A DNA stretch of 64,000 nucleotides from assembly GCA_963748015.1 (NCBI GenBank), contig CAVVHE010000004.1, positions 416,001-480,000 on the forward strand, written 5' to 3'. The position numbers and the translations under genes were made by a program. The notes below the pieces were generated by a model. The model was not told the DNA's origin and did not search any database. It saw only the letters and a program-made list of their open reading frames with translations. This DNA is from Terriglobia bacterium. Its GTDB lineage: Bacteria > Acidobacteriota > Polarisedimenticolia > Polarisedimenticolales > JAIQFR01. Within the stretch, counting starts at the first letter, position 1; every line of letters starts with the position of its first letter. This document shows, in pieces, positions 38,606 through 48,743 of the stretch.

Positions 38606-39547
38606 TCACGACGGCCCCGTTCCACCCCGGCGTGCGGCGCGGATCGCGTCGATTGCGGTGCGGGGAAGGAGCGTCGCCGCGAGGTAGAGGAGCGCTCGCG
38701 ACCGCGGGCGCCCGGCCGAGGCCGCGCGGAGCAGCTTGCGGCGCGCCTCGGACCGGCGGTGACCGACGAGGTCGCGGTAACCCGCCTCGAGCCACAGCCG
38801 GGCGATGCGCTCGCGCGCGAGCGCCTCCAACTCCTCCGGCAGGCGCGTGCGACGTCCGGCGATCGCCTCGCGTAGGACCCCGACCTCGGCCTCGAGCATC
38901 CGATCGGCGTCGCCCGACAGGGCGCCCGGGTCCACGCGGTAGCGGGCGAGGACCTCGTCCACGAAGACGAACCGCCCCTCTCGCGCGACGCGCAGCCAGA
39001 GATCGTAGTCCTCGCAGCGCCTCAGCTCCTCGGCGAACTCCCCCGCCCGCAGGACCGCCTCCCGCCGCGCGAGCACCGTGGAGGTGAGCACGAAGTTCCC
39101 GCGGAGGAGGCGCGCGAGGGGATCGTCCGCGGGATCGTGGTCGATCCCCAGGAGCATGCGGCGCCGCAGGGTCCGGGTCCCGTCCCAGGATTCGGCGTTG
39201 CCGGAGACCAGCACGACGTCGCGCGCGCGCTCTGCCGCGCGCAGCCTCGCGTCGAGCGCCCCCTCGAGCCACAGGTCGTCCGAGTCCAGGAAGGCGAGCC
39301 AGTCTCCCGTCGCGGCCCGGATCCCTGCGTTGCGCGCGGCGGAGGGGCCCCGGGCCCCTTCGAGGCGGATGACCCGGGGCGATCCGGGGGCCCCGGCGGC
39401 GGCGTCCCCGCTGCCGTCCGTGGATCCGTCGTCCACGACCAGGATCTCGTGCGGGGCGGGCTCCTGCGCCGCCGCGGAAGCGACCGCGGCCGCCACCAGG
39501 CCGGCGCGATCGTGGACCGGGATGACGACGGTGACGCGCGCGTTCAT
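38606..39547 (-). CDS. Glycosyltransferase family 2
   Basis: VVIPVHD, VVDDGSTD, GPSAARN, FLDSDD, EDYDLWLR. Confidence 0.92.
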   Translation of the reverse strand: MNARVTVVIPVHDRAGLVAAAVASAAAQEPAPHEILVVDDGSTDGSGDAAAGAPGSPRVIRLEGARGPSAARNAGIRAATGDWLAFLDSDDLWLEGALDARLRAAERARDVVLVSGNAESWDGTRTLRRRMLLGIDHDPADDPLARLLRGNFVLTSTVLARREAVLRAGEFAEELRRCEDYDLWLRVAREGRFVFVDEVLARYRVDPGALSGDADRMLEAEVGVLREAIAGRRTRLPEELEALARERIARLWLEAGYRDLVGHRRSEARRKLLRAASAGRPRSRALLYLAATLLPRTAIDAIRAARRGGTGPS

Positions 39548-41007
39548 GCGGCGTCCCCGCTGCCGAACCGGTTCCGGAGGTAGCGCCTCGCCGCCTCGAC
39601 GTCGCCCGGGCGTACCGCGATCGCGAGCCACCCCGCGATCACGGCCGCGCCGGCGGCCCATCCCGAGAGACCCCACCCGGACAGCCGGGCGAGCGTCGCG
39701 ATCACGGGGCCCGCCAGTCCGAGCACCAGGGTGTTGCGCCTGCCGAGCCGGAAGTCCGTCGCCCGCCTCATGAGGACGCAGGCCGTCGCGAGGAACAGCC
39801 AGCCGGAGACGCACCAGGCCACGCTCGGGGCGGCGGGGCCGAGGAAGGGAGAGAGCGCGGCGTAGGAGACGCCGAACGCCGCCGCGCTACCGAGTCCGAG
39901 CAGCGCCCAGGCCCGCACGCCGGCTCTCGGAAGGACGCCGAGGGCCACGGCCAGCCCGGCCCCGCGTGCGAAGTGACCGGCCGCCTGCCACGGCAGGTAG
40001 GAGAGGGATACGGCGAACTGCCTCGAGAGGAGTCCGCGGACCATGAAGTGCCGTCCGAGAACCAGTCCGCCCGCGGCGGCGCCGAGGAGGAGCAGGGTGA
40101 CCCTGAACGCTTCCTGGGTTTCCCGGTTCACCTCCTCGTTGCTCCGGGCCTCGCTCACCCGAGGGAACGAGTAGGCGCCGTGGAACGCGACCGCCACCGC
40201 GACGATCTGCTGGGAGATGCCGAACGTGCCCTGGAAGAAGCCGTTGGCCTCGAGTCCGAAGCGCCGGATCAGGTCGGTGCGTACCGCGAGGAGCACGAGC
40301 TGGTCCGCGAGGCCCATCGCGAGGCTCACGAACCCGATCTTCGCGAACGACGCGAGGACCGGCGCCGAGAATGGGGGACGCGAGGGCGGGAAGAGCACGT
40401 CGCGCTGCCTCGCGACGAGAATGCCGAGCGAGGCCGCCGCGGCGCCCCCCGCGATCAGGGGAAGGCACGCGATCGCGCCCGGGAGCCCGAATCGCGGGAC
40501 CAGCGCGGCGACGACGGTCACCGAGACGAGCGACCCCGCGATCGCGCCGAGGGACGTGGTCCGGACGTCGCGCAACCCGTTCGCGATGTCCGTTCCGATC
40601 TGGCCGGCCGCGGCGAAGAGCACGGCGACGGCCGCGAGCGCGACCGCGATCCCCAGACGGGGGTCGCCGACGATCCGCCCGGCGACGAGGGGGGCGGCCA
40701 GGGCGAGCGCCACCGAGGCGAGGGCGGCGGTGGCGACGACCGTCAAGAAGCTCGTCCACGCGGCCAGCCGTACCGCCGCCGCGTCGTTCCTCCCCCGCGC
40801 CGCCGCGATGGACTTCGTGACCGCGATGCCGAGCCCGAGGCTCGACCCGACGGAGAGAGTCTGCAGGACGTTGGCGAGCTGCGAGACGACCCCGAGCCCG
40901 GCCGGACCGAGGAAGAGCGCGAAAAGCTTCACGCGGACGAGGCCCGCGACGATGCCGGCCGCGGTGCCCGTACTCGACGCGGCCGCCGCGCGAAGGGTCC
41001 GCTTCAA
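39544..41007 (-). CDS. Wzx-type oligosaccharide flippase
   Basis: RVKLFALFLGPAGLG start (WzxE-like); strongly polytopic membrane protein. Confidence 0.8.
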   Translation of the reverse strand: MKRTLRAAAASSTGTAAGIVAGLVRVKLFALFLGPAGLGVVSQLANVLQTLSVGSSLGLGIAVTKSIAAARGRNDAAAVRLAAWTSFLTVVATAALASVALALAAPLVAGRIVGDPRLGIAVALAAVAVLFAAAGQIGTDIANGLRDVRTTSLGAIAGSLVSVTVVAALVPRFGLPGAIACLPLIAGGAAAASLGILVARQRDVLFPPSRPPFSAPVLASFAKIGFVSLAMGLADQLVLLAVRTDLIRRFGLEANGFFQGTFGISQQIVAVAVAFHGAYSFPRVSEARSNEEVNRETQEAFRVTLLLLGAAAGGLVLGRHFMVRGLLSRQFAVSLSYLPWQAAGHFARGAGLAVALGVLPRAGVRAWALLGLGSAAAFGVSYAALSPFLGPAAPSVAWCVSGWLFLATACVLMRRATDFRLGRRNTLVLGLAGPVIATLARLSGWGLSGWAAGAAVIAGWLAIAVRPGDVEAARRYLRNRFGSGDAA

Positions 41008-42371
41008 CTCGGGCTCCCGCGCCGGCGCGTGCGGCGCCCGCCGCCCCCGGCAGGCGGGTCGTCGGCTTCCGCCATGCCGGCCGGGAGCGTCAAGGCGACC
41101 CGCTGGGCGAGGAGGGACGCGAGGAGATCCGGCGCGGTCAGGGCGGCGTAGGCCGGGCTCTCGAGCGGGAGCGGCAGGCGGACGGACTCGGGCAGGAGAC
41201 CGGGAAGCGCTCCCGCTTCCGTCTCGCTCGCATAGCGGAAGGAAGACCGCCCGAGCACGCGCATTCCCTCGGCGGCGTCGACGCTGGATTTCCCGTAAAG
41301 GGGGTTCCACACGATCGGACCGACCGCCACCGGGAGGACGGGGCCCTCGATCGCGATCTCCCGCGGCGGGGCGCCACCTCCGACCGCGACGAGACGGAGC
41401 GCGGCGGAAAGCTCCGTGGGATCGGCTGCGAAGGGCACGGCGCGCCGGCCGGCTCCGACGAGCGAGGCGAGCAGCTCCCTCTCGTCGGCGAAAGACACGG
41501 CGAGCGGGGCGAGGGCCTCGACGTAGTCCTCCGGCGAGGAGGCCGGCGCGGCGGACGCGAGGCCCGGGAGGTGCGTCAGGCAGGCCACGCCGCCGCGAGC
41601 CGGCAGCACGCGCGCGATCTCGCGCGCGGCCGCCGGCAGGAAAGGAAGGTCGAGGAACGCTCCGGCGCAGATCACCATGCCGAACGAGTCGTCCCGGAAC
41701 GGCAGGGGCGTCCCGGCGTCGGCGCAGACGAGCGCCGCGTGCGGCGACACGAATCGGCGAGCGAGCAGCAGGGCGGGGAAGAGGGGGTCGAGCCCGGCCA
41801 CGAGCCGGCCTTCCGCGAGCTCCCCGAGCGACGCCGCGAGGTGGCCCACGCCGCACGCGAGCTCGAGCACCGCCCCCTCTCGTGGAAGGAGCCTACCCGC
41901 GAGCCCCTCCGCCGCGACGAAGGTGGGATCGGAGCGGTGGAGAGCGAAACCCTCGGCGGTCGATGGGGCGCCTCGCGGCCCGCGCCCGAACAGCATCCGG
42001 TTCTGGGCGCGGAAGGAGCCCGGTGCGGAATCGCCGTGGAGCTTCGCGCCCATTCTCGCGGCGGCGAGGGGCGAGAGCGCCGCGCCGCCAAGGAGATAGG
42101 CGCCGAGGCCGCCGAGAAGCCGGTCGGCTCGCGCGCCCGGCGCCGCGCGGAGCGTGGCACCTAGCGCCCCGGCGGGATCGCCGCGCTCGATCGCCGCAAC
42201 GGCCGCTTCGGCGGCGCCGCCCGCCCGCAGAATCGGGATCTCCTCGATGACGGGATAGCGGTGGCGGCGGCACGCCAGGAGGCCCCATCCCGGAGCCCCT
42301 CCCGCGGGCTCCCAGCGGAACCCGCCGCCGCAGCGCGGGCAGACGAGAAGGGAGAGGAGCGTCTCGTTCAC
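41004..42371 (-). CDS. Class I SAM methyltransferase with N-terminal Trm112-like Zn module
   Basis: LLVCPRCGG..LAC..YPVIEEIP; VLELACGVG; LPFRDDSF; EIARVL. Confidence 0.8.
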   Translation of the reverse strand: MNETLLSLLVCPRCGGGFRWEPAGGAPGWGLLACRRHRYPVIEEIPILRAGGAAEAAVAAIERGDPAGALGATLRAAPGARADRLLGGLGAYLLGGAALSPLAAARMGAKLHGDSAPGSFRAQNRMLFGRGPRGAPSTAEGFALHRSDPTFVAAEGLAGRLLPREGAVLELACGVGHLAASLGELAEGRLVAGLDPLFPALLLARRFVSPHAALVCADAGTPLPFRDDSFGMVICAGAFLDLPFLPAAAREIARVLPARGGVACLTHLPGLASAAPASSPEDYVEALAPLAVSFADERELLASLVGAGRRAVPFAADPTELSAALRLVAVGGGAPPREIAIEGPVLPVAVGPIVWNPLYGKSSVDAAEGMRVLGRSSFRYASETEAGALPGLLPESVRLPLPLESPAYAALTAPDLLASLLAQRVALTLPAGMAEADDPPAGGGGRRTRRRGSPS

Positions 42372-42383
42372 GGTGCGAGATTA

Positions 42384-43295
42384 TCACTCCGGGAGCAGTT
42401 CCCGGTCCTCGATCAACGACTCGTCGCGCTCGCGCCGGCGCAGCGGAGCGACCTGCCGCCGCAGCGCCCACGCATCGCGAAATCCCAGGACGAACGGGCG
42501 GTGAGCCGCCAGATCCCAGAGGAGCTTGAGCGGGAGCAACGCCACGTGCTTCCGCCAGGCGGCCGGATCGGTGAGGTTCTTCCAGGTGAACAGCAGACGG
42601 TTCCTCTCGTAGGTCCTGAGGACGCGCCGCCGGTCGATCCTCGCCCCGATCGTCCGGCCGTGGTCGTGGATCACCCTGGCATCCGCCACGTGGAGAATCC
42701 GGCGCCCTCGCTTTCGCGCGCGGTACGAGAGGTCCGCGTCTTCCCAGTAGAACGGAGCGAACAGGGGGTCGAATCCGCCGAGTGCCAGGAACTCGGCGCG
42801 CCGGAACGCCATCGCCCCGCCGCATGCGTAGGCCGGGTCCGCGCCCGCCCTCCCGCCGAGCGACGTGGACAAGACGCCCCACCGGAACCGGATCCGTGTC
42901 AGGGCCTCGTCCTCGCCGGTCGCGCGCCGTACGATGGACGGGACGGCGGCGAAAGCCTCGGGCGAGGACGCGAGCGCCCGCGCGAGGAGCTCGGCCGCTC
43001 CGGCCGGCAACGACACGTCGTTGTTGAGGAGGAGCACGACCTCTCCCCGCGACGCCGCGACGCCGTCATTCGCCGCCGGTCCGAAGCCTCCGTTGACGGG
43101 CCGCCGCACGACGCGCACCGCGGGGAACCGGGCGGAGATCCCGTCGCCGGTGCCGTCGGTCGAGGCGTCGTCCACGACGACCACCTCCGCTCCGGCGATC
43201 CCGGCGACGGCCCCGACCGCGGCCGGCAGGTGCTCCTCGAGGAGCGCCCGCCCGTTCCAGCTCGGGATCACGATGGACAGCGCGGGTCCGCTCAC
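42384..43295 (-). CDS. Glycosyltransferase family 2
   Basis: IVIPSWNG, DDASTD, NGGF, LLNND, YWEDADL. Confidence 0.92.
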   Translation of the reverse strand: MSGPALSIVIPSWNGRALLEEHLPAAVGAVAGIAGAEVVVVDDASTDGTGDGISARFPAVRVVRRPVNGGFGPAANDGVAASRGEVVLLLNNDVSLPAGAAELLARALASSPEAFAAVPSIVRRATGEDEALTRIRFRWGVLSTSLGGRAGADPAYACGGAMAFRRAEFLALGGFDPLFAPFYWEDADLSYRARKRGRRILHVADARVIHDHGRTIGARIDRRRVLRTYERNRLLFTWKNLTDPAAWRKHVALLPLKLLWDLAAHRPFVLGFRDAWALRRQVAPLRRRERDESLIEDRELLPE

Positions 43296-44305
43296 GCTCC
43301 CTCGCTCCCGGAGGGATCGTCGAAGCACCCCTGGAAGTAGCGGACGTCCCGGGCCACGTGGTAGCCGAAGTGAGCCAGCCGCTCGAGCCGCGCGCGCTCC
43401 CCGGCGGCGAGCAGCGCCCGGAGGACCGCGAAGCCTGCGCGCGAGCCCGCCGCCTTGCGCAGCGGGCCCACGAGCAGGAGCCTGTTCGCGAGGCGCAGCC
43501 CTACGAGCCCGGCCGGGCTCGTACCGATACCGAGCCGCGCGGGGCCGTCCACCCGGAGGTACTCTCGGAACGGTCCGTCCGGATACCTCGCGGCGAGCTG
43601 CCGCGCGACGAGGCCGGCCTCGCGCTGCCGGTCGAGATATCGGTCGAGGTCGGTCGCGAACGCGCGGTGGATCGAGACCGCCTCGGGGAGATAGGCGATC
43701 CGCGTCCCGCAGCGCGAGAGGCGGTAGCCCAGCTCGATGTCCTCGAAGCCGTACCGGGAGATGGTCTCGTCGAAGCCTCCGGCGGAGGCGAGCACGCTTC
43801 GAGGGGCGGAGAAGTGGCCGGTGAGGCATAGAGGGAAGGGAACGTCGTCGCGCCGGCGGAGGAGTGCCTCCTCGCGGAACGCCTGCTCGCGCTCGAGGAA
43901 CCGCGAGAAGCAGGAGCGGGGCGCGCCGTCGTCGAGCACGACGCGGCCGAGCGCCGCCGCGCCGGCCGCCCGCGCATGGAAAGCGCGGTGCGCCTCGAGA
44001 GCGCCGGCCTCGAGCGTCATGTCGTCGTCGAGGATCACGACGAGCGGGGCCGTCGCGGCGGCGAGCCCCGTATTGCACGCCGCCGCGCGCCCCCGCGAGG
44101 CCTCGTGCCGCCTCACGGCGGGCGGGCCCCAGGGAAGGGCCGCGCGTGCCGCCGCCTCGCGGGTTCCGTCCCGTGATCCGTCGTCCACGACGACGACCTC
44201 GAGCGGGCAGGCGACCTCCTGCCGCGCGACGGACGCGAGGGTCTCGGGAAGCCGATGGGCGCCGTCGCGGCTCGGGATCACGACGGACAATCCGGGCGCG
44301 CTCAT
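43292..44305 (-). CDS. Glycosyltransferase family 2
   Basis: VVIPS, DDGSRD, LDDD, GGFDE..YGFEDIELGYRL. Confidence 0.92.
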   Translation of the reverse strand: MSAPGLSVVIPSRDGAHRLPETLASVARQEVACPLEVVVVDDGSRDGTREAAARAALPWGPPAVRRHEASRGRAAACNTGLAAATAPLVVILDDDMTLEAGALEAHRAFHARAAGAAALGRVVLDDGAPRSCFSRFLEREQAFREEALLRRRDDVPFPLCLTGHFSAPRSVLASAGGFDETISRYGFEDIELGYRLSRCGTRIAYLPEAVSIHRAFATDLDRYLDRQREAGLVARQLAARYPDGPFREYLRVDGPARLGIGTSPAGLVGLRLANRLLLVGPLRKAAGSRAGFAVLRALLAAGERARLERLAHFGYHVARDVRYFQGCFDDPSGSEGA

Positions 44306-44458
44306 CGGCGCCCATCGTAACCGCGTTCGGTCGCGGTGGAAACGGCTCGACTCGCACGGTTGCTTCGCGGGGGGAAACCAAACTAGCCTGAGCGCGCGCG
44401 CCGGCCGCCGGGGCGAGGGGACGGGCCGATGGAAGGTGACGGGAGCAGCCGAGGTCCG

Positions 44459-45574
44459 GTGGAGAGGATCCTGGTCGACCTTCGCTGCCTGGAAACCGCG
44501 AGCGGGTCGCGGGGAGTGGGGCGTTACGCCCGCGAGCTCGTTCGCGCGTTGCCCGCCGCCGCTCCCGCCGGGTGGGAATTCGCCGCGCTCTCCTGGTCCG
44601 GTGTCGGGGCTGCGCTCGGCCTGCGGGACGTCCGGTACCCCGGCCCGCGCCGCGGCATCGGGCTCGCGGACCGCTACGTGTTGCCTCGCCTCCTCCGGAG
44701 GGAGCGCATCGGCCTCTATCACTCCCCGGTCTACGCGCTTCCTTCCGCGGGTGCCCGGCGAACGGCGCTGGTCCTCACGGTGCACGACCTGGTGGCCGAG
44801 GTCTTTCCGGACGGGCTCTCGTGGCGCCATCGGCAGGCGTTCCGAAGGACGTTTCGCAGCGCGGCGGCGGCCCACCGGGTGATCGCGGTGTCCGAGACCA
44901 CCCGGCGCGAGCTCTCGACGCATTACCCCGTCGACCCCGCGCGCATCGTCCCCGTGCCCAACGGAGTCGCGGCGGACCTTTGTGTCCCCTCGCGCGAGGA
45001 TGCCGCCGCGGCCGCGCTCCCGCATCCTTTCCTCTTCTACGCCGGCGGTCTCGACCCGCTGAAGAACGTGCCGCTGCTCCTGAGGGTGCTGCGGGGCTGC
45101 CGCGAGAGGGGGCTCGTCCTCCACCTGGTCATCGCGGGCGAGGAGGGGGTCAGGCGGGACGCGCTGCTCCGCGAGGCCGCCGGCCTGGGCGTCCGCGACG
45201 CCGTACGGCCGCTCGGCCACGTGGACGACGCCTCGCTCGCGGCCGCCTACCGCGCGGCGCTCGCCTTCGTCTTCCCGAGCCGGTACGAGGGATTCGGGCT
45301 CCCGCCCCTCGAGGCGATGGCGGCAGGGTGCCCGGTGGTGTCTTCCCCCTGCGGCGCCCTGGCGGAAGTCCTCGGCGACGCCGCCCAGTTCGCGGGTCCG
45401 GACGACGCCGACGCGTGGATTCGCGCCATCGTGGGCATCGCGAGCGATCCCGCCGCGCGCTCGCGATGGATCGCCGCGGGGCGGGAGAGGGCCCGCGGCT
45501 ACTCCTGGGAGCGGACGGCCCGGGAAACCGTCGAGGTGTACCGCCAGGCGCTCGAGGAGGTGGGCCGGACGTGA
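44459..45574 (+). CDS. Glycosyltransferase family 4
   Basis: RGVGRY, TVHDL, AVSE, FPSRYEGFGLPPLEAMAAG. Start 44459 or 44429. Confidence 0.93.
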   Translation: MERILVDLRCLETASGSRGVGRYARELVRALPAAAPAGWEFAALSWSGVGAALGLRDVRYPGPRRGIGLADRYVLPRLLRRERIGLYHSPVYALPSAGARRTALVLTVHDLVAEVFPDGLSWRHRQAFRRTFRSAAAAHRVIAVSETTRRELSTHYPVDPARIVPVPNGVAADLCVPSREDAAAAALPHPFLFYAGGLDPLKNVPLLLRVLRGCRERGLVLHLVIAGEEGVRRDALLREAAGLGVRDAVRPLGHVDDASLAAAYRAALAFVFPSRYEGFGLPPLEAMAAGCPVVSSPCGALAEVLGDAAQFAGPDDADAWIRAIVGIASDPAARSRWIAAGRERARGYSWERTARETVEVYRQALEEVGRT

Positions 45575-46734
45575 TAGGCCCCTCGCGCTATCGCAACTAC
45601 TCCGCGCGCGCGCGATGGATCGCGTGCGCCCTCGATCTCGGCGCCGCGCCCGTCGTCCCGCTCCTGCGCCGGCTGGCGCCGCGAGGCCCCTCGCCCTCCC
45701 CGCCGCACGCCATCCTCGCGATCCGGCTCGACCACGTCGGCGACGTGCTGATGTCGACGCCGGCGCTCGCGTCGCTCAAGAGGGCGTTCCCCGGCGCCCG
45801 CCTCGACGTCCTCGCGGCGCCCTGGGGTCGCGCCGCGCTCGACGGGAACCCGGACGTCGACCGCGTGATCGAGGCGCCCGCGCCGTGGTACGACCCGAGG
45901 CGGGGCGATCTGCCGTCGCCGGGAGAGGTCCTGTCGGTCTCGGCGGGCCTTCGCCGCGAGGCGTACGACTGGGCGTTCGACCTCAGAGGAGATCCTCGCG
46001 TCGCGTGCGCCTACCTGCTTCCCGCAGCCCGCCGCCGCTTCGGCTTCTCGGGATTGGGCCTCGAGGGACTGCTGACCGACTCGATTCCCTACGACCGCGG
46101 GAGGTCGATGCTCGACCTCGCGCTCGACCTCGCCGCGCTCGCGGGAGCCCCCGCGCTCTCGCGCCGGCCCGTCTTCCGCGTGGTGGAGCCCGACCGGGCG
46201 CGCGCCTCGGCGCTCCTCGATGCCGTCGCGGGGGCCGAGACCGAGGAGCGCTTCGCGGTGATCGCGCCCGGATCGAATCGGGCCGCGGCGCGGTGGCCCG
46301 CGGAGCGCTTCGCGGAGGTCGGCGACGGTCTCGCGGCCGCGGGCTTGCGCCCGGTGCTGGCGGGGCGCGAGGCCGATGCGCCGGTCACGGCGGCGGTCGC
46401 CGCCGCGATGGGCCGGGCTCCGGCGGACCTGACCGGGCGAACGAGCCTCGGCGTCCTCGCCGCGGTGCTCGAGCGGGCGGCGATACTGGTCGCGAACGAT
46501 TCGGGGAGTTCGCACCTCGCGGCGGCGGTCTCATGTCCGACCGTCGCCGTGTTCGGCCCGACCGATCCCGCCCTGACCTTTCCGTACGAGGACGGCGGGC
46601 GGTTCGTTAGCGTGTCGCGCCCCATCGACCACCCGCGCCCGTGCTTCGACCTCTCGTGCGACTCCGACCACGGTTTTTCGGCGGTCCTTCCCCGCGAGGT
46701 CCTCGAGGCCTGCCTGTCCGTTCTGCGCGCCTGA
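45571..46734 (+). CDS. Glycosyltransferase family 9 (heptosyltransferase-like)
   Basis: DHVGDVLMSTP, RWPAERF, DLTGRTSL, NDSGSSHLAAA, VFGPT. Confidence 0.92.
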   Translation: MIGPSRYRNYSARARWIACALDLGAAPVVPLLRRLAPRGPSPSPPHAILAIRLDHVGDVLMSTPALASLKRAFPGARLDVLAAPWGRAALDGNPDVDRVIEAPAPWYDPRRGDLPSPGEVLSVSAGLRREAYDWAFDLRGDPRVACAYLLPAARRRFGFSGLGLEGLLTDSIPYDRGRSMLDLALDLAALAGAPALSRRPVFRVVEPDRARASALLDAVAGAETEERFAVIAPGSNRAAARWPAERFAEVGDGLAAAGLRPVLAGREADAPVTAAVAAAMGRAPADLTGRTSLGVLAAVLERAAILVANDSGSSHLAAAVSCPTVAVFGPTDPALTFPYEDGGRFVSVSRPIDHPRPCFDLSCDSDHGFSAVLPREVLEACLSVLRA

Positions 46735-46857
46735 GCGATTCGGGATCGGTCCAAGGCGACAATCGTGCTTCGCCGATGATGGGGCCGGGCGTTTCCTTTG
46801 TTAGAATCGCGCCGTGAAGTGTCCACTCGTCCGGCGCGAGCGCGAACCGGGGGCGCG

Positions 46858-47730
46858 ATGAAGGACGCCCTGCGGCGGTGGCTCCCGGCTCCCGTCCTGT
46901 CGTTCGCGAGGCGGGCCTACTACCGCCCGTCGGTCCGGAAGATCGTGTTCTTCCCGGCGGATCTCCTCGACCGCGTGCGGGGGACCCGCAAGGAGGGGAT
47001 CCCGCCGAGGAGCATCGCCTTCGTCGGCGACGGGGACTTCGAGGCGATCGGCGAGGAGTACTTCCGCTACTTCGTGGACCTCTGCGGGCTCGAGCCGGGC
47101 GAACGGGTTCTCGACGTGGGCTGCGGCGCCGGGCGCATGGCGCTCCCGCTCGCCCGCTACCTCGGGGGCGGGGGCTCCTACGAGGGGTTCGATCTCCTCG
47201 AGGGCCACGTGAGGTGGTGCCGCGACAACATCGGGTCCCGTCATCCGAACTTCCGCTTCCTCCAGGCCGACGTCAAGAGCCCGATGTACAACCCGGCGGG
47301 AAGGTCCGCCCCCTCCGAGTACCGATTCCCCTACGACGACGCGTCGTTCGACTTCGTGTTCCTGACCTCGGTGATGACCCACCTGCTCGCCGGTGCCGCG
47401 GAGCGCTATCTCTCGGAGGTCGCGCGGGTCTCGAGGCCGGGAGCGCGAAGCCTCATCACCTGGTTCCTGCTCGACGGCGAGGCCGAGCGGAGGATCCGGG
47501 AGGGGACGAGCCCGACGCGATTCGAGCACGACGCCGGCGGTTGCCGGGTCGTCGACGCCGGCGTCCCCGAGTCCGCCGTGGCGTATCGCGAGGAGGACGT
47601 GAGGGCGATGTACCTGCGCCACGGCCTCGAGATCGCGGAGCCGATCCGGTGGGGCGGGTGGTCGGGCAGGGAGCCGCACCTCTCGTCCCAGGACATCGTC
47701 GTCGCCGTGAGGCGGCAGGCGGCGCCATGA
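46858..47730 (+). CDS. Class I SAM-dependent methyltransferase
   Basis: VLDVGCGAGRMA, FPYDDASFD, SVMTHL. Confidence 0.9.
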   Translation: MKDALRRWLPAPVLSFARRAYYRPSVRKIVFFPADLLDRVRGTRKEGIPPRSIAFVGDGDFEAIGEEYFRYFVDLCGLEPGERVLDVGCGAGRMALPLARYLGGGGSYEGFDLLEGHVRWCRDNIGSRHPNFRFLQADVKSPMYNPAGRSAPSEYRFPYDDASFDFVFLTSVMTHLLAGAAERYLSEVARVSRPGARSLITWFLLDGEAERRIREGTSPTRFEHDAGGCRVVDAGVPESAVAYREEDVRAMYLRHGLEIAEPIRWGGWSGREPHLSSQDIVVAVRRQAAP

Positions 47731-48743
47731 CCGACACCCCTCGGCGCACGACGGCGGAGGCGGTCCCGGAGCCGGCCCCCGTCGCGGCGGTGATCGTGAC
47801 GTGGAACGCGGCGGCCTGGGTGGGCGACTGCCTTCGCAGCCTGCGCGCTCTCGTCCGGCCGCCCGCCGAGGTCGTGGTGGTGGACAACGGCTCGGCGGAC
47901 GGAACGCCGGAGATCGTGCGTGACGAATTTCCCGAGGCGGTCCTCGTCGAGTGCGGCGCGAACCTGGGCTTCTGCCGCGCGAACAACCTGGGGATCGCCC
48001 GGACCCGGAGCCCGTTCGTCCTCGCGCTCAATCCCGACGCCCGCCTCAACCCGCGCTTCCTCGAGGAGCTGCTTCCGGCCTTCGACGACCCCGCCGTGGG
48101 CATCGGGGCCGGGAAGCTGCTGCGCCCCGACGGGACGACGATCGACAGCGCCGGGCAACTGCTCGGGCGCTCCCGGCAGCCGGTGGACCGGGGTTACGGC
48201 ACCCGGGACGACGGCCGTTTCGACACGGACGAGGAGGTGTTCGGCGCCTGCGGCGCGGCGGCCCTCTACCGGCGCGCGATGCTCGACAGCGTCGCCGACC
48301 CCGGCGGCGAAGTCTTCGACGAGAGGTTCTTCGCGTTCTACGAGGACCTCGACCTCGCCTGGCGGGCCCGCCGCCTCGGCTGGCGGGCCGCCTACCGCCA
48401 CCGGGCGGTCGGCTGGCACGCGCGCGGCGCGACGGCCCCCGGCGGGTCCGTCCGGCGGCGGGGGAGAGCGGTCCTCGCGCGAACCCCGTCGGTGAGGTTT
48501 CACGTCGCCAAGAACCGCTACCTCACGATCCTCCGTAACGACGCCTGGCGAGCGTACCTGCGCGATCTTCCGTTCGTCCTCGGGAGGGACGCGGCACTCG
48601 CCGGCCTGCTCCTGCTGACCTCCCCGGGGGTGATCGCGAGGCTCTGGCGCGAGCGGAGCCTCTTCCGCGGCGCCCTCGAGAGGCGCCGGCTGGACTCGGC
48701 CCGGCCGAGGCACCAAACTCTCCATGGAGGGAGAACCGATTGA
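47727..48743 (+). CDS. Glycosyltransferase family 2
   Basis: IVTWN, VDNGSAD, NLGF..ANN, LNPD, YEDLDLAWR. Confidence 0.92.
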   Translation: MTDTPRRTTAEAVPEPAPVAAVIVTWNAAAWVGDCLRSLRALVRPPAEVVVVDNGSADGTPEIVRDEFPEAVLVECGANLGFCRANNLGIARTRSPFVLALNPDARLNPRFLEELLPAFDDPAVGIGAGKLLRPDGTTIDSAGQLLGRSRQPVDRGYGTRDDGRFDTDEEVFGACGAAALYRRAMLDSVADPGGEVFDERFFAFYEDLDLAWRARRLGWRAAYRHRAVGWHARGATAPGGSVRRRGRAVLARTPSVRFHVAKNRYLTILRNDAWRAYLRDLPFVLGRDAALAGLLLLTSPGVIARLWRERSLFRGALERRRLDSARPRHQTLHGGRTD

